This document shows positions 28,597-37,459 of a DNA stretch of 64,000 nucleotides, piece by piece; position 1 is the stretch's first letter; the number at the start of each line of letters is the position of its first letter. The notes beneath the pieces were generated by a model. The model ran no database searches and was not told the origin of the DNA. It saw only the letters and a list, made by a program, of their open reading frames with translations. The translations under genes were made by a program, and so were the position numbers. This DNA comes from Vicinamibacteria bacterium (GTDB lineage: Bacteria > Acidobacteriota > Vicinamibacteria > Marinacidobacterales > Marinacidobacteraceae). The DNA is taken from contig OZ241322.1 in NCBI GenBank assembly GCA_965199715.1, forward strand, positions 1,664,001-1,728,000, written 5' to 3'.

Positions 28597-29873
28597 GGGG
28601 CGTCTCCAACTCCGGGAACGCGGGTTCCGATGGCGCGTTCGAGCGCCGTCAGGGCGATGTGGAAATCCGACAGGTAGCGGGCGCGCATGGTCCGCACGCC
28701 AATGAGCGCCCGCTCGCTCTCGAGAAGCTCCAGCACGCCCAGCTCGCCGGTTCCATACGCGAGCTCGGTGGCGCGAAGCGCTTCCTCCGTCTGCGGGATC
28801 AGCACGTTGTCGAGCAGGTCGAGTTGCCTCCCGAGGGTCTCGAGGAGGACGCTCGCCTCCTCGATGTCCCGGTCCATCGCGTTCAAGACGGCGGCCCGTC
28901 CCTCGTTGTGGGCCATGAGTTCGTGGCTCGCCTCCTCGATGCGGGCGCGTCGCCCGGCGTTCCAGAACGGCAGCGACACGCCGACCGAGAGCGTCAGCGC
29001 GTTCTTGCCGGCGTCCGGCGGCGCGAGGGCGTCCTCCCGGCGCGCGACGTTCATGACCCCGAGGCTGGCGGTGAAGCCGGGGCGGGAGTCGAGTCGCGCC
29101 AGGTCCACCGACCGGCGGCCGCCCTCGATGCGCGCGCTCGCGGCGCGCAACTCGGCGCGATGCGTCTCGCCGAGCCGGCGCAGGCGTTCGGGGTCGAGCT
29201 CCAGCGAGGGGCGCGACAGCCGGGGCGCCGGGGGCGCCGGTTCGCCGGCCGGACGGTCGGCCAGCGCGTTCAACCGGGCGGCGAGGATCCCGCGCTGCCG
29301 CTCGATCCGGTGCCGACGGTCCACCACGGCGCTGATTTCGGCCTGCAGGCGGATCACCGCTTGCTGGAGGCCCTGCCCGGTGGAGTACCGCGCCCGGGCC
29401 AGCGATTCGTAGTGCTCGAGCAGCGACCGCTCCTCGGCGGCGAGGCCGAGGGTGGCGTCGAGGTAGGCGATCTCGTACCAGGCCTCCTTGACGTCGCGCA
29501 CGACATCCCGGCGGGCCGCCTCGTAGGCGTGGCGCAGCGCCGTGACTTCCAGCACCGCGACCCGGCGCCGGGCGTCCCGGGTTCCGAACCACGGGAAGGA
29601 CTGGCTGAGCGAGATCGCGTTTTGTTGGGGACCGACCCGCGTCTCCACGCTGCGAAGGGCCTGGGTGACGCTCACCACCGGGTCGGGCAGGGCCTCGGCC
29701 TGCGGCGCGCGCTGGCGGGCGGCTTCGATCCGCGCCCGCGATACGGACAGCGCCGGGTTGTTCGCGAGCGCCGCGTCCACGAGCGCTCGCAATTCGCGCG
29801 CGGCGCGATAGTCAGGCGGCTCGGCCGCGACGATCAGGCTCGCCGCGACGAGCGCGGCAACGGAGCTTCCCAT
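28593..29873 (-). CDS. TolC/CusC family outer membrane factor
   Basis: ALANNP, LPDP, LSQSFPWFG, YGTGELGVLELL; first gene of the CBA triad. Confidence 0.88.
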   Translation of the reverse strand: MGSSVAALVAASLIVAAEPPDYRAARELRALVDAALANNPALSVSRARIEAARQRAPQAEALPDPVVSVTQALRSVETRVGPQQNAISLSQSFPWFGTRDARRRVAVLEVTALRHAYEAARRDVVRDVKEAWYEIAYLDATLGLAAEERSLLEHYESLARARYSTGQGLQQAVIRLQAEISAVVDRRHRIERQRGILAARLNALADRPAGEPAPPAPRLSRPSLELDPERLRRLGETHRAELRAASARIEGGRRSVDLARLDSRPGFTASLGVMNVARREDALAPPDAGKNALTLSVGVSLPFWNAGRRARIEEASHELMAHNEGRAAVLNAMDRDIEEASVLLETLGRQLDLLDNVLIPQTEEALRATELAYGTGELGVLELLESERALIGVRTMRARYLSDFHIALTALERAIGTRVPGVGDAP

Positions 29874-29936
29874 GCTGGCGTCCCTGGTCCCGGAAGGGCT
29901 CCCCTCGCGAGGAGAAAACGGATCGGACCGAAACGG

Positions 29937-30254
29937 TCAGATCCGCCAAGACGCGTTGCGGAGGAACAGCGGCGGCGAGGCGCGCGGGGGCTGCGGGCTC
30001 CCGAGCTCGCGCGGCGCGGCGGACGCCCGGGGCGCGAGGTCCAACGCGAACCACGCGAGCGGGGCGTGCATCTCCGCGTCCGCCTTCGCCGACGCCACGG
30101 CGCTGGCGCAGCAGGCGAGCGCGGTCGCGTCGTCGTGCTCGGCGGGGGCGTCGTGGCAGCTTGCGGCGGCCGGCAGGACCGCGGCGACCGCCATGAGCGG
30201 GCAGAGCACGAGCGCCGCCGACAGGCCGAAGGTCACGGCGCGCCGCGGTTCCAT
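29937..30254 (-). CDS. Small Cys/His secreted protein (DUF2946-like) upstream of the efflux operon
   Basis: Signal peptide, SCH..EH..ACC, and C-terminal PPRASPPLFLRNASWRI, a type often seen before metal-efflux genes. Confidence 0.55.
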   Translation of the reverse strand: MEPRRAVTFGLSAALVLCPLMAVAAVLPAAASCHDAPAEHDDATALACCASAVASAKADAEMHAPLAWFALDLAPRASAAPRELGSPQPPRASPPLFLRNASWRI

Positions 30255-30287
30255 CGTCTGGGATTGTGGCGCAACCGCGCCGGGCGC

Positions 30288-31394
30288 TCAACTCGGGGGC
30301 GGGAAGAGCGCGATGAGCTCGGCGGGGCTCATGGCTTCGCGCGTCGCCTCCTCGAGGCTTTCCTCGGCGAAGACCCGCTCGATCGCCGCCGCGAACGCCG
30401 GATCGGCGGCGGGCCGGGCCAGCGCGTAGACGCCGAAGCGGTCCGCGTGGTCGAGGATCCCGTGCGCGTCGGGGACCAGCGCCTCGAACATGAGGGCGCG
30501 CAGCGCGTCGAGCCGGGACAGCTCGCCGTCGAGATACCCGGCGAGGATCGCGAGAACCACGGGTTCGAGCGCCGCCTCGGGAGCCGGCGGCGCGCCGAGG
30601 CGCTCGGCTCGAGCGGCGAGTCCCTCCCAGACCGCGGTGCGCGGGTGGTGGAGCGGAACGATCCCGAGCTCGGCGCGGCCGGTCTCGTGAAAGCGCGCCG
30701 CCGCGAGCTCGGCCTGGAAGTGGTGCGCTCCTTCGTGGCAGATGAGGCGGCGGGCCTCGGGGTTTCCGAGCGGCAGCCCCCGGGGGAGCGATAGAACGCC
30801 GGCCCGGTAGTACGGAGTGGGGCCGATCGGAGCGGCCCGCCATTCGTCGGAGGACATCCAGCGGATTCGCAAGTCGCCGAAGGGCAGGCGGCCCTGGCAG
30901 TGGGTGAGCGCGTCGGCGAGGATCCCGTCGGTCGCCCGGGGAATGCGCTCGCTGCGCCGTCGGACGCGCACCGCCAGCGGCGCGATTCCGGGGAAATTGC
31001 GCTCGACCTCGGCGTGCAGGCGGGCTAGGGTCGCTTCGTCACGCGGCTGTAGCTCGAGGCGCAGCCCGTAGATCAGCCGGAGTTCTTCGGCGACCGGGCG
31101 GGAGCGGCCTCGCAGCCGGTCCACCCGGGCGAGCATGGCCCGCAGGCCGTCCGCGACGCGGCGGCTGCGCGGATCGTCCCCGGCGCGGGCGAGGAGCCGG
31201 GAAGCGCGTCTGCCGATGGTCGGCAGAGCCAGCGGTTCGGCTTTGGGCGGAGGGCCGAAGGCGTGGTCGAGATACAGCGGGTCGCGCTCGCCAAGCGCGA
31301 AGGCGAGTTCGACGTACTCGGCGGCGAGCCGGTCCGGTTCGGGGGGCGCGAGGCAGCCCCCGGCGAGGAGGACGAGCGCCGGGAAGAAGCGCAT
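30288..31394 (-). CDS. Hypothetical lipoprotein with zincin-like motif (DUF885-related)
   Basis: Lipobox AGGC; CHEGAHH and downstream WEGLA. Confidence 0.6.
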   Translation of the reverse strand: MRFFPALVLLAGGCLAPPEPDRLAAEYVELAFALGERDPLYLDHAFGPPPKAEPLALPTIGRRASRLLARAGDDPRSRRVADGLRAMLARVDRLRGRSRPVAEELRLIYGLRLELQPRDEATLARLHAEVERNFPGIAPLAVRVRRRSERIPRATDGILADALTHCQGRLPFGDLRIRWMSSDEWRAAPIGPTPYYRAGVLSLPRGLPLGNPEARRLICHEGAHHFQAELAAARFHETGRAELGIVPLHHPRTAVWEGLAARAERLGAPPAPEAALEPVVLAILAGYLDGELSRLDALRALMFEALVPDAHGILDHADRFGVYALARPAADPAFAAAIERVFAEESLEEATREAMSPAELIALFPPPS

Positions 31395-31471
31395 CCATGG
31401 GAGTTTTCCCCAATTCGGGCGAAAAATGGGGCCGCGTGACTGGAATTCGGTTTTCGCGCGTGTTGATAGTT

Positions 31472-32540
31472 GTGCCGCAGCGCGTCGTTACCCACCGCAC
31501 CGCGAACGGAACCGCCGCCGTCGCCATCCCCGCCCACCTTGCAGCCGGGATCGCTTCCGCAGTCGAGGCGAGCCGGGCCGTGAACACGAGCCGGGCCTAC
31601 GCCGGAGCCTTCCGCCGCTTCCGCCAGTTCGCCGCAGCGCAGGGTCTCCCCGCGATCCCCGCCGCCCCGGAAACCGCCGCCGCCTACCTCGTTTCGCTCG
31701 CCGAAGCGGGCCGGGGAATGGCCACGATCCGAATGGCCGGAGCCGCCATCGCCGCCGCCCACCGCGAAGCGGGCGAGCGTTCCCCGACCGAGAGCGCCCG
31801 AGGGCAACGCACGATGCGGGGCCTCGCACCGCAGGCAGCCGGGATCACCGCGTCGGGCCTCGCCGCGATCCTCGCAACGATGCGAGCCAGCCTCGCCGCC
31901 GCTACGCCGGGAGCCGCCCGGCGGGTCGCTCGGGATTCCGCCCTACTCAGGGTTATGTCCGAGGCGATGCTCCGCCGCTCCGAAGCGTGTTCGCTCCGGT
32001 GGGCCGACCTCAGCACCGAGCTGGACGGGTCAGGAACCGTCAGCATCCGCCGGAGCAAGACGGATCAGCTCGGGGCCGGAGCCGTCGCTTATCTCGGGCC
32101 GTCCACCGTCTCCGCACTCGCCGCCTACCGCGCCAGCCTCGATGCGGAGCCGGAGCCGACCGCGCCCGTGTTCGGGGTCTCGCCGTCGCCAGTAACCAGC
32201 GGGCCGTTACGCCGTCGCCAGCCGCCAGCCGATCCCGCAGCACGGATTCCGCCTCGTCTAGCAGGGTCTCCCGCGCCGCCGGAGCCGCCCGCGTCAGGGA
32301 ACGGGATCGCGCCGGGGTCGCTCGTGCAGTCGAGAGGGTAGCGGGGGCCGCAGGTTTCGCGGGATTTCTCTCGCGTGCGCGATCACGCGCCGTGCAGGTT
32401 TCGCATGGTTCGCTTCCGGTGGGCGAGCGCCCCGACCTCGAAGCACGACCGCGCCGGAGCCGAGCGGCCGCCGTCGGGGAGCGCCGCATCAGGCTGGCGC
32501 GGTGCCGGGAGCGCAGCCGGACGGCTCCCGCGCCCTACTG
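31472..32540 (+). pseudogene. Cre-like tyrosine recombinase/integrase with degraded C-terminus
   Basis: NTSRAY...AAYL...AIAAAH N-domain; RDSALL...LRRSE; IRRSKTDQ. The HSLR-like (SHGSLPVG) and GRW-like (SGWR) motifs are only vestigial and in other frames. Confidence 0.8.
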
Positions 32541-32635
32541 TGCACCTTCGAGGGTGCACTGGGGTAGAAGCGCAAACTCATGAGCTGTTAGTGGTTTTTG
32601 GTCGAAAGCGTTCCTGCGAATTCCGCTTTCGTAGC

Positions 32636-32868
32636 CCGTACGCGTCGCTTGAGTTCGGGGCGGCGTGCCGGCGGGCGGGAGGCGTTCCCGTTCATCGAGG
32701 GCTGGCGCCACACGCGGCGGCGGCGCTCGGCGCTGGGGTGCGAGGCCCCGACGGCGTACGAACGGAGCTTCGAGGAGCCAACGTGAACGCAGTCCGACGG
32801 ACGCCGCGCGAAGGCGCTCGCCGCCGATCCGAAAATAGCGAACTGTCCACGAAAGCGGGGCAAGCTCA
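32636..32868 (+). mobile_element. IS3-family remnant: internally deleted 3' end of orfB plus right inverted repeat
   Basis: YASLEFGAACRRAG joined to REAFPFIEGWRHTRRRRSALGCEAP; terminal GTCCACGAAAGCGGGGCAAGCTCA is 20/24 identical to the IS end at 35346-35369. Confidence 0.8.
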
Positions 32869-33351
32869 GCTTCCGGCCGCTCACGACCACGATCCGCTCT
32901 TCCGCGAAGCCGGGCGGAAGGTCGAGGCCGTGCTTCGCGGCAGTAGCGGCGGCGTCGCCGCGGACGCGACGTTCGGGGCCGGCGCGATACGCGAGGCCGA
33001 GGTCGTGCGACTTCGCCAAGGCGAGGAGGCCGGCGTGGGCCCGGCGGCTGCCGCGGAGACGTTCGACATCGGCGCGCACGAGCCGGGCCTCCGCCGAAGC
33101 GGAACGCGGGGCGCAGTTGCGGGCGGCGTCGCGTGGGGTACACTTCGACCTTACGATTTCTTTCATTACTATCCGAGGTCGTATCAGAGGACGAATGCTG
33201 ATCTCGTCCTCACGGGGCTGCCGGACGAGCTCGGCTCTCCGCGAGGATGCGCCAAGAGGCGACGACTCCGGCAGCCTCCCTCCTCTCTAGGGCTCCAGAC
33301 CGGCCCCGGAACCTACACCGTCCGCCGAGCGCGGCGCCGAGCACAAGCCTG

Positions 33352-33366
33352 CCCCCCCCCCCCCCC
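33352..33366. repeat. Poly-C homopolymer (C15)
   Basis: Counted directly. Confidence 0.9.
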
Positions 33367-33498
33367 GTTCGCGGAACCTGGGCAGCCCGGATTCGAGGAA
33401 CGGCATTTGACGGGTGGGGGCGGAACCCGTTAAGTTGTAGGTCAAGGCGCGGGCCAACCCGCGAAACTCTGCCCCGCCCACTTGGAGGCTCCGAACCG

Positions 33499-33735
33499 AT
33501 GACTTTGAAGTCGAGGCGGACTTTGGGATCGGCGTTGACGCTGCTCGGCGCGGTTGGATACCACGTCCTCAACGATCGGTTCAACGTCGATGGCGCGATG
33601 GGCTACGGATTGGCCCTGACGGCCGTGGGGGTGGTGCTCGCAATGGACTACGGCGAGTTGTTCCGAAGCATGCGAAGCGCGGCGACCCCGAAAACGGTAG
33701 GTTATGAGGTATGGTGTCGCCCGTCTCGGTTTTGA
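33499..33735 (+). CDS. Small two-TM hypothetical protein (island cargo)
   Basis: SD GGAGG at 33484-33488; TTGACG/TAAGTT promoter-like element at 33407-33436; lower GC than the backbone. Confidence 0.55.
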   Translation: MTLKSRRTLGSALTLLGAVGYHVLNDRFNVDGAMGYGLALTAVGVVLAMDYGELFRSMRSAATPKTVGYEVWCRPSRF

Positions 33736-34108
33736 GTTGGGTCGCCGCAATTCTGCTTTCGGCAAGCATTGCGATTGCCGGGCCAAGCGCATCTACACTT
33801 CTTGACCGCGCCCATTTAGCAGGGCGGAGCATGGCCGAGAGTGGAGATGTCGTGTTGGTTCAAAGCGCCAGCGTTTCCAGAAACGGAATGTCTAGAAGGA
33901 ATAAACACCTTCTAGTTACGCTTGGCGTGGCGGCGGCGCTCGGGATAACCCTTGCGTTGTTACAAGACGGAAATCGGACATATTGTTATTCACCCAACCC
34001 TACGCAAATTATTGAAGCGGTGGAGCGCGGCGACCCCGACCCCACTCGCGCCGTTTGTGAACAGTTACAGGCCCGTCGGTCACTGATTACGAGCGCGAGG
34101 CCGAGGCG
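33711..34108 (+). pseudogene. Secreted/membrane hypothetical protein, 3' end interrupted by IS3
   Basis: Signal peptide, TM segment and a Cys pair, AT-richer codons; the reading frame runs into the IS sequence. Confidence 0.45.
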
Positions 34109-35011
34109 CGCCGGCTCGACAGGAAGGTGGACTACTGGCGGCGAGCCGCAGCCCGAGCGGCCGACCGCGCCCGTGAACTTCGGGGCCGTGGACTCCATCG
34201 GCGACTCGTACCCCAGCGCCGAGCGCCGACGCCGCGGGTCGCACCACCCCTCGATGAACGCGAACGCCTCACGCCGCGCCGCCTCCGGGTCCGCCAAGGG
34301 CGCCACCTCCAACAGCTCGCACTCCAGCGTCGCGAAGAACGACTCCGCCATCGCGTTGTCGTAGCAGTCCCCCGCCGACCCCATCGACGGGCGCACCCCC
34401 GCCCGCCGGCACAACGCCCCGAACGCCGCCGACGCGCACTGGCTCTTCTGGTCCGAGTGGTGGACCGCTTCCGTCGGACGCCGCCGCGCTGCCGCCATCT
34501 CCAGCGCGTCCAGCACCAGCGACGAGAACAGCCGCGGCTTCATCGCCCAGCCCACCACCCGCCGGCTGAAGGCGTCCACCACCGCCGCCAGGCACATCGT
34601 CCCTCTCCCCGTAGGGACATACGTCACGTCCGCCACCCACGGCCGGTTCGGCCCCTCCGCCCGGAAGTCCCGGTCCACGAGGTCCGGCGCCGGACGAGCC
34701 GCCGCCCCCCGCACCGTCGTGATCTCCCGCTTCCGCCGCGACGCGCCCCGAAGCCCCAGCGCCCGCATCAGCCGCGCCGCCCGCTTCCGACTCGCCCGCT
34801 CCCCCCGCGCCTGAAGCTCCGCGTGGACTCGCGGCGCCCCGTACGCCTCCCGGTTGTCCCGATGGATCGCGCCGATCTCCTCCTTCAACGCCGCGTCCCC
34901 GAGCGCCCGCGCCGACGGCTCCCGGTCCAGCGAGGCGTGGAACCCGCTGCGGGAGACCTCCAGCACGCGGGCCGTCGTCGCGGTCGGATACACGGCCTGG
35001 CGCGCCTTCAT
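33986..35011 (-). CDS. IS3 transposase OrfB (DDE integrase core); original stop apparently lost
   Basis: YGAPRVHAEL, WVADVTY, HHSDQ, DNAMAESFFATLE. Confidence 0.85.
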   Translation of the reverse strand: MKARQAVYPTATTARVLEVSRSGFHASLDREPSARALGDAALKEEIGAIHRDNREAYGAPRVHAELQARGERASRKRAARLMRALGLRGASRRKREITTVRGAAARPAPDLVDRDFRAEGPNRPWVADVTYVPTGRGTMCLAAVVDAFSRRVVGWAMKPRLFSSLVLDALEMAAARRRPTEAVHHSDQKSQCASAAFGALCRRAGVRPSMGSAGDCYDNAMAESFFATLECELLEVAPLADPEAARREAFAFIEGWCDPRRRRSALGYESPMESTAPKFTGAVGRSGCGSPPVVHLPVEPARLGLALVISDRRACNCSQTARVGSGSPRSTASIICVGLGE

Positions 35012-35369
35012 GAACCTCCATCCTCGGAGATGGTCTCCCGGGCGAACCAGGCCGCGGCTTTTTTCAGGATCTCCAGCTCCAGCGCCTGCTGGGCCACCTT
35101 CCGGCGCAGGACCCGAACCTCCTCGCGCTCCCGCCGCGTCCAGCCCGCGGCGTCGCGGCCCTCAGCCGCGTCCGCCGCCCGCACCCAGTTGCGGATGGTC
35201 CCCGCCGTCGGCTCGAACTCCCGCGCCAGAGCCTCCGGACTCCGGCCCGACCGCGCCAGCTCCACCAGCCGCGCCCGATGCTCCGCCGCGTATCGCGGCC
35301 GCTTCTTCTTGCTCATCGGGGACTCCTCCTCCAAAGAGGTTAGGCGTCCACGAAACCGGGGCAACTCCA
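34109..35369 (-). mobile_element. IS3-family insertion sequence, near full length but decaying
   Basis: Left end TGGAGTTGCCCCGGTTTCGTGGAC; orfA/orfB with an A6G slippery site; right end eroded (only GTGGAC at 34127-34132), so that boundary is approximate. Confidence 0.88.
35008..35316 (-). CDS. IS3 transposase OrfA (HTH)
   Basis: LAREFEPTAGTIRNWV; ELEILKKAAAWFA; SD GGAGGAG. Confidence 0.88.
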   Translation of the reverse strand: MSKKKRPRYAAEHRARLVELARSGRSPEALAREFEPTAGTIRNWVRAADAAEGRDAAGWTRREREEVRVLRRKVAQQALELEILKKAAAWFARETISEDGGS

Positions 35370-35612
35370 GCCCCCACCGATTCTCCTGATCGGCATGACG
35401 CAGGAAGAGCGGCTCGCCTTGCTGAAGTGGGTGTTTGAGCGCTACGCGCAGGAGCTGCGGCCGGGGGTCATGATTCTGGTCGCCCTGAACCGCGTCCGGG
35501 TCAGTTGGGCGAAGACTGGCGCATCTCACGGAGATGGCGGTGGCGTGGTGAGCGACGACTGGGCTCCGGCTTGGACGCGGTCGGCTCGCCCGGTTCGCCT
35601 CGCCCCGCCGGC

Positions 35613-36509
35613 CTACTCCAGCGCGTAGTAGCCGCTGCGGGTGCGGGCGGTCAGGTCGGCGCGCCGGGTGAGGCGGACCTCGATTTCCCGCCACTCGCGG
35701 TCCTGCTCCACGTTCTTCGGGATGTAGGCCAGCCGGTACTGCGCGTGCAGGTCGCGCTCGATCTGCTCGAAGGCGCGCACCAGCTCGCCGGTGCGGGTGG
35801 GGAAGAGCGCCTGCCCGCCGGTCTCCCCGGCGAGCCGACGCAGGAACCCCTTGTTCACCCGCGCCCCGTTGCCGTCGAAGCCGATCACGTAGATGCTGGC
35901 GTTGGTCAGCCGCGCCGCCTCGAGCGCGTCGCCCGCTCCCGCCTCGCTGCCGAATTGCATCACGCTGTCGTCGCCGTCGCTGAACACGAGCAGCGCCTTC
36001 CGGTCGCCGTCGGCGTAGTGGAGCCGCTCCAGCGCGAAGATGGTCGCGTCGTAGAGCGCGGTGGGCCCCATGGGGTTCAGCGCCATGATGCTCGTCGTCA
36101 GCCGCCGCCGGTCCTCGGTGAACTCGGTCGAGAAGCGCACGCGGTCGTTGAACTCGCCGATCATCGCCCGGTCGCCCTCCCAGAGGCGATCCACGAAAGT
36201 CGCCGCCGCCTCCTTCACGTAGTCGAGGTTGACCCTCATGCTCAGCGACGCGTCGAGCAGCAGCAGGATCGTCAGCGGCGCGGCCTCGCTCTGGAAGAAC
36301 GTGACGTTCTGCGGCACCCCGTCCTCGAGCACCTGAAAGTCCTCCTGCGTCAGTCCCGGCACGAACCGCCCGCGCTCGTCGGTGACCGCGACCCCGAGGT
36401 TGACCGCCTCCACCTGCAGCCGGAAGCGGGTCTGTTGCGCGATCGCCGGAAGCGGAAGCGCCAGCGTCAGCAGCAGCGCCGCAAGCCGCCGGCGGGTTCG
36501 ATCAGCCAT
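35613..36509 (-). CDS. VWA domain protein (acidobacterial VWFA type), secreted
   Basis: MIDAS DASLS, TALYDA, FSDGDD, LAGETGG, QYRLAY. Confidence 0.9.
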   Translation of the reverse strand: MADRTRRRLAALLLTLALPLPAIAQQTRFRLQVEAVNLGVAVTDERGRFVPGLTQEDFQVLEDGVPQNVTFFQSEAAPLTILLLLDASLSMRVNLDYVKEAAATFVDRLWEGDRAMIGEFNDRVRFSTEFTEDRRRLTTSIMALNPMGPTALYDATIFALERLHYADGDRKALLVFSDGDDSVMQFGSEAGAGDALEAARLTNASIYVIGFDGNGARVNKGFLRRLAGETGGQALFPTRTGELVRAFEQIERDLHAQYRLAYIPKNVEQDREWREIEVRLTRRADLTARTRSGYYALE

Positions 36510-36673
36510 CGTGAGCCTCCATCCTACTGCCCGAAGGGGGCGTCCCGCCCGCTGCTACAATCCATGCGCAAAACGGGCCGTTTCGCCCGCTGTCCCCCGG
36601 CTCCGGCCCCCTCGGGCCCAGCCAGCGCGAACCCATCGCGCCCCCGATCCGACCCACGGAGGTTGTCTGGAAC

Positions 36674-37459
36674 ATGTCCTATCGAGCCTTGCGCGCGCTC
36701 CCGCTTCTCTTGCTTCCGGCGCTTGGATTTCTGGCCGCCTGCGGCGGCGACGAGCCGGCCGAGCCCGTGATCCCCGCGGCCGACATGACCGCCGTGGACC
36801 CGGCCACCGCCGGAACGATTTCGGGCCGCATCATGCTGGACGGCGAGGCGCCCCCGGCCGGCGTCATCCAGATGGCCGCCGACCCGAACTGCGCCGCGAT
36901 GCACCAATCGCCGGTGATGACCGAATTCGTGATCACCGACGTGGAGGGCGGCCTCCGGAACAGCTTCGTGTACATCAAGGCCGGACTCGAGGGCATGAGC
37001 TTCCCGGTCCCGACGGAGCCGGTCACGCTCAACCAGGAAGGCTGCGTCTATCTGCCGCACGTCATCGGGCTGCAGGTCGGGCAGGAGCTGAACATCCTGA
37101 ACAGCGACCAGACCCTCCACAACATCCACGCCACCCCCTCCGCGAACGCCGAGTTCAACATCGGCCAGCCGGTCAAGGGCATGAGCACCACCCGCACCTT
37201 CGACGCCGTCGAGGTCATGGTGCCCTTCAAGTGCGACGTCCACCGCTGGATGAACGCCTACGCCGGCGTGCTCGACCATCCGTACTTCGCGGTCAGCGGC
37301 GCCGACGGGACCTTCTCGATCGGCAACGTGCCCCCCGGCGACTACACGGTCGGCGTGTGGCACGAGCGCCTCGGCGTGATGGAGACGATGGTGACAATCG
37401 AGGCCTCCGGCATGGCGGACGCGAGCTTCACCTACTCCGGCGAAGCCGGCGGCGCTTGA
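36674..37459 (+). CDS. Lipoprotein with cupredoxin-like and carboxypeptidase-regulatory-like domains
   Basis: Lipobox LAAC; NQEGCVYLPH, HNIH, CDVHRWM, HPYFAV, VWHERLG. Confidence 0.8.
   Translation: MSYRALRALPLLLLPALGFLAACGGDEPAEPVIPAADMTAVDPATAGTISGRIMLDGEAPPAGVIQMAADPNCAAMHQSPVMTEFVITDVEGGLRNSFVYIKAGLEGMSFPVPTEPVTLNQEGCVYLPHVIGLQVGQELNILNSDQTLHNIHATPSANAEFNIGQPVKGMSTTRTFDAVEVMVPFKCDVHRWMNAYAGVLDHPYFAVSGADGTFSIGNVPPGDYTVGVWHERLGVMETMVTIEASGMADASFTYSGEAGGA

Noticed and set aside
32375-33433. 352-aa plus-strand ORF in the island
   Set aside because: A chimera running across recombinase remnants, the IS fragment and the C15 tract, with no coherent domain. A minus-strand fragment at about 32870-33100 may be a gene relic, but I cannot identify it.
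32636-35369. Functional composite transposon formed by the two IS3 pieces
   Set aside because: The left piece lacks its outer end, and the two recognisable IRs are in direct orientation; no target duplication was found.
35395-35628. 77-aa ORF next to the IS left end (possible PIN-like C-terminal relic)
   Set aside because: Resemblance too weak to call and no supporting motif.
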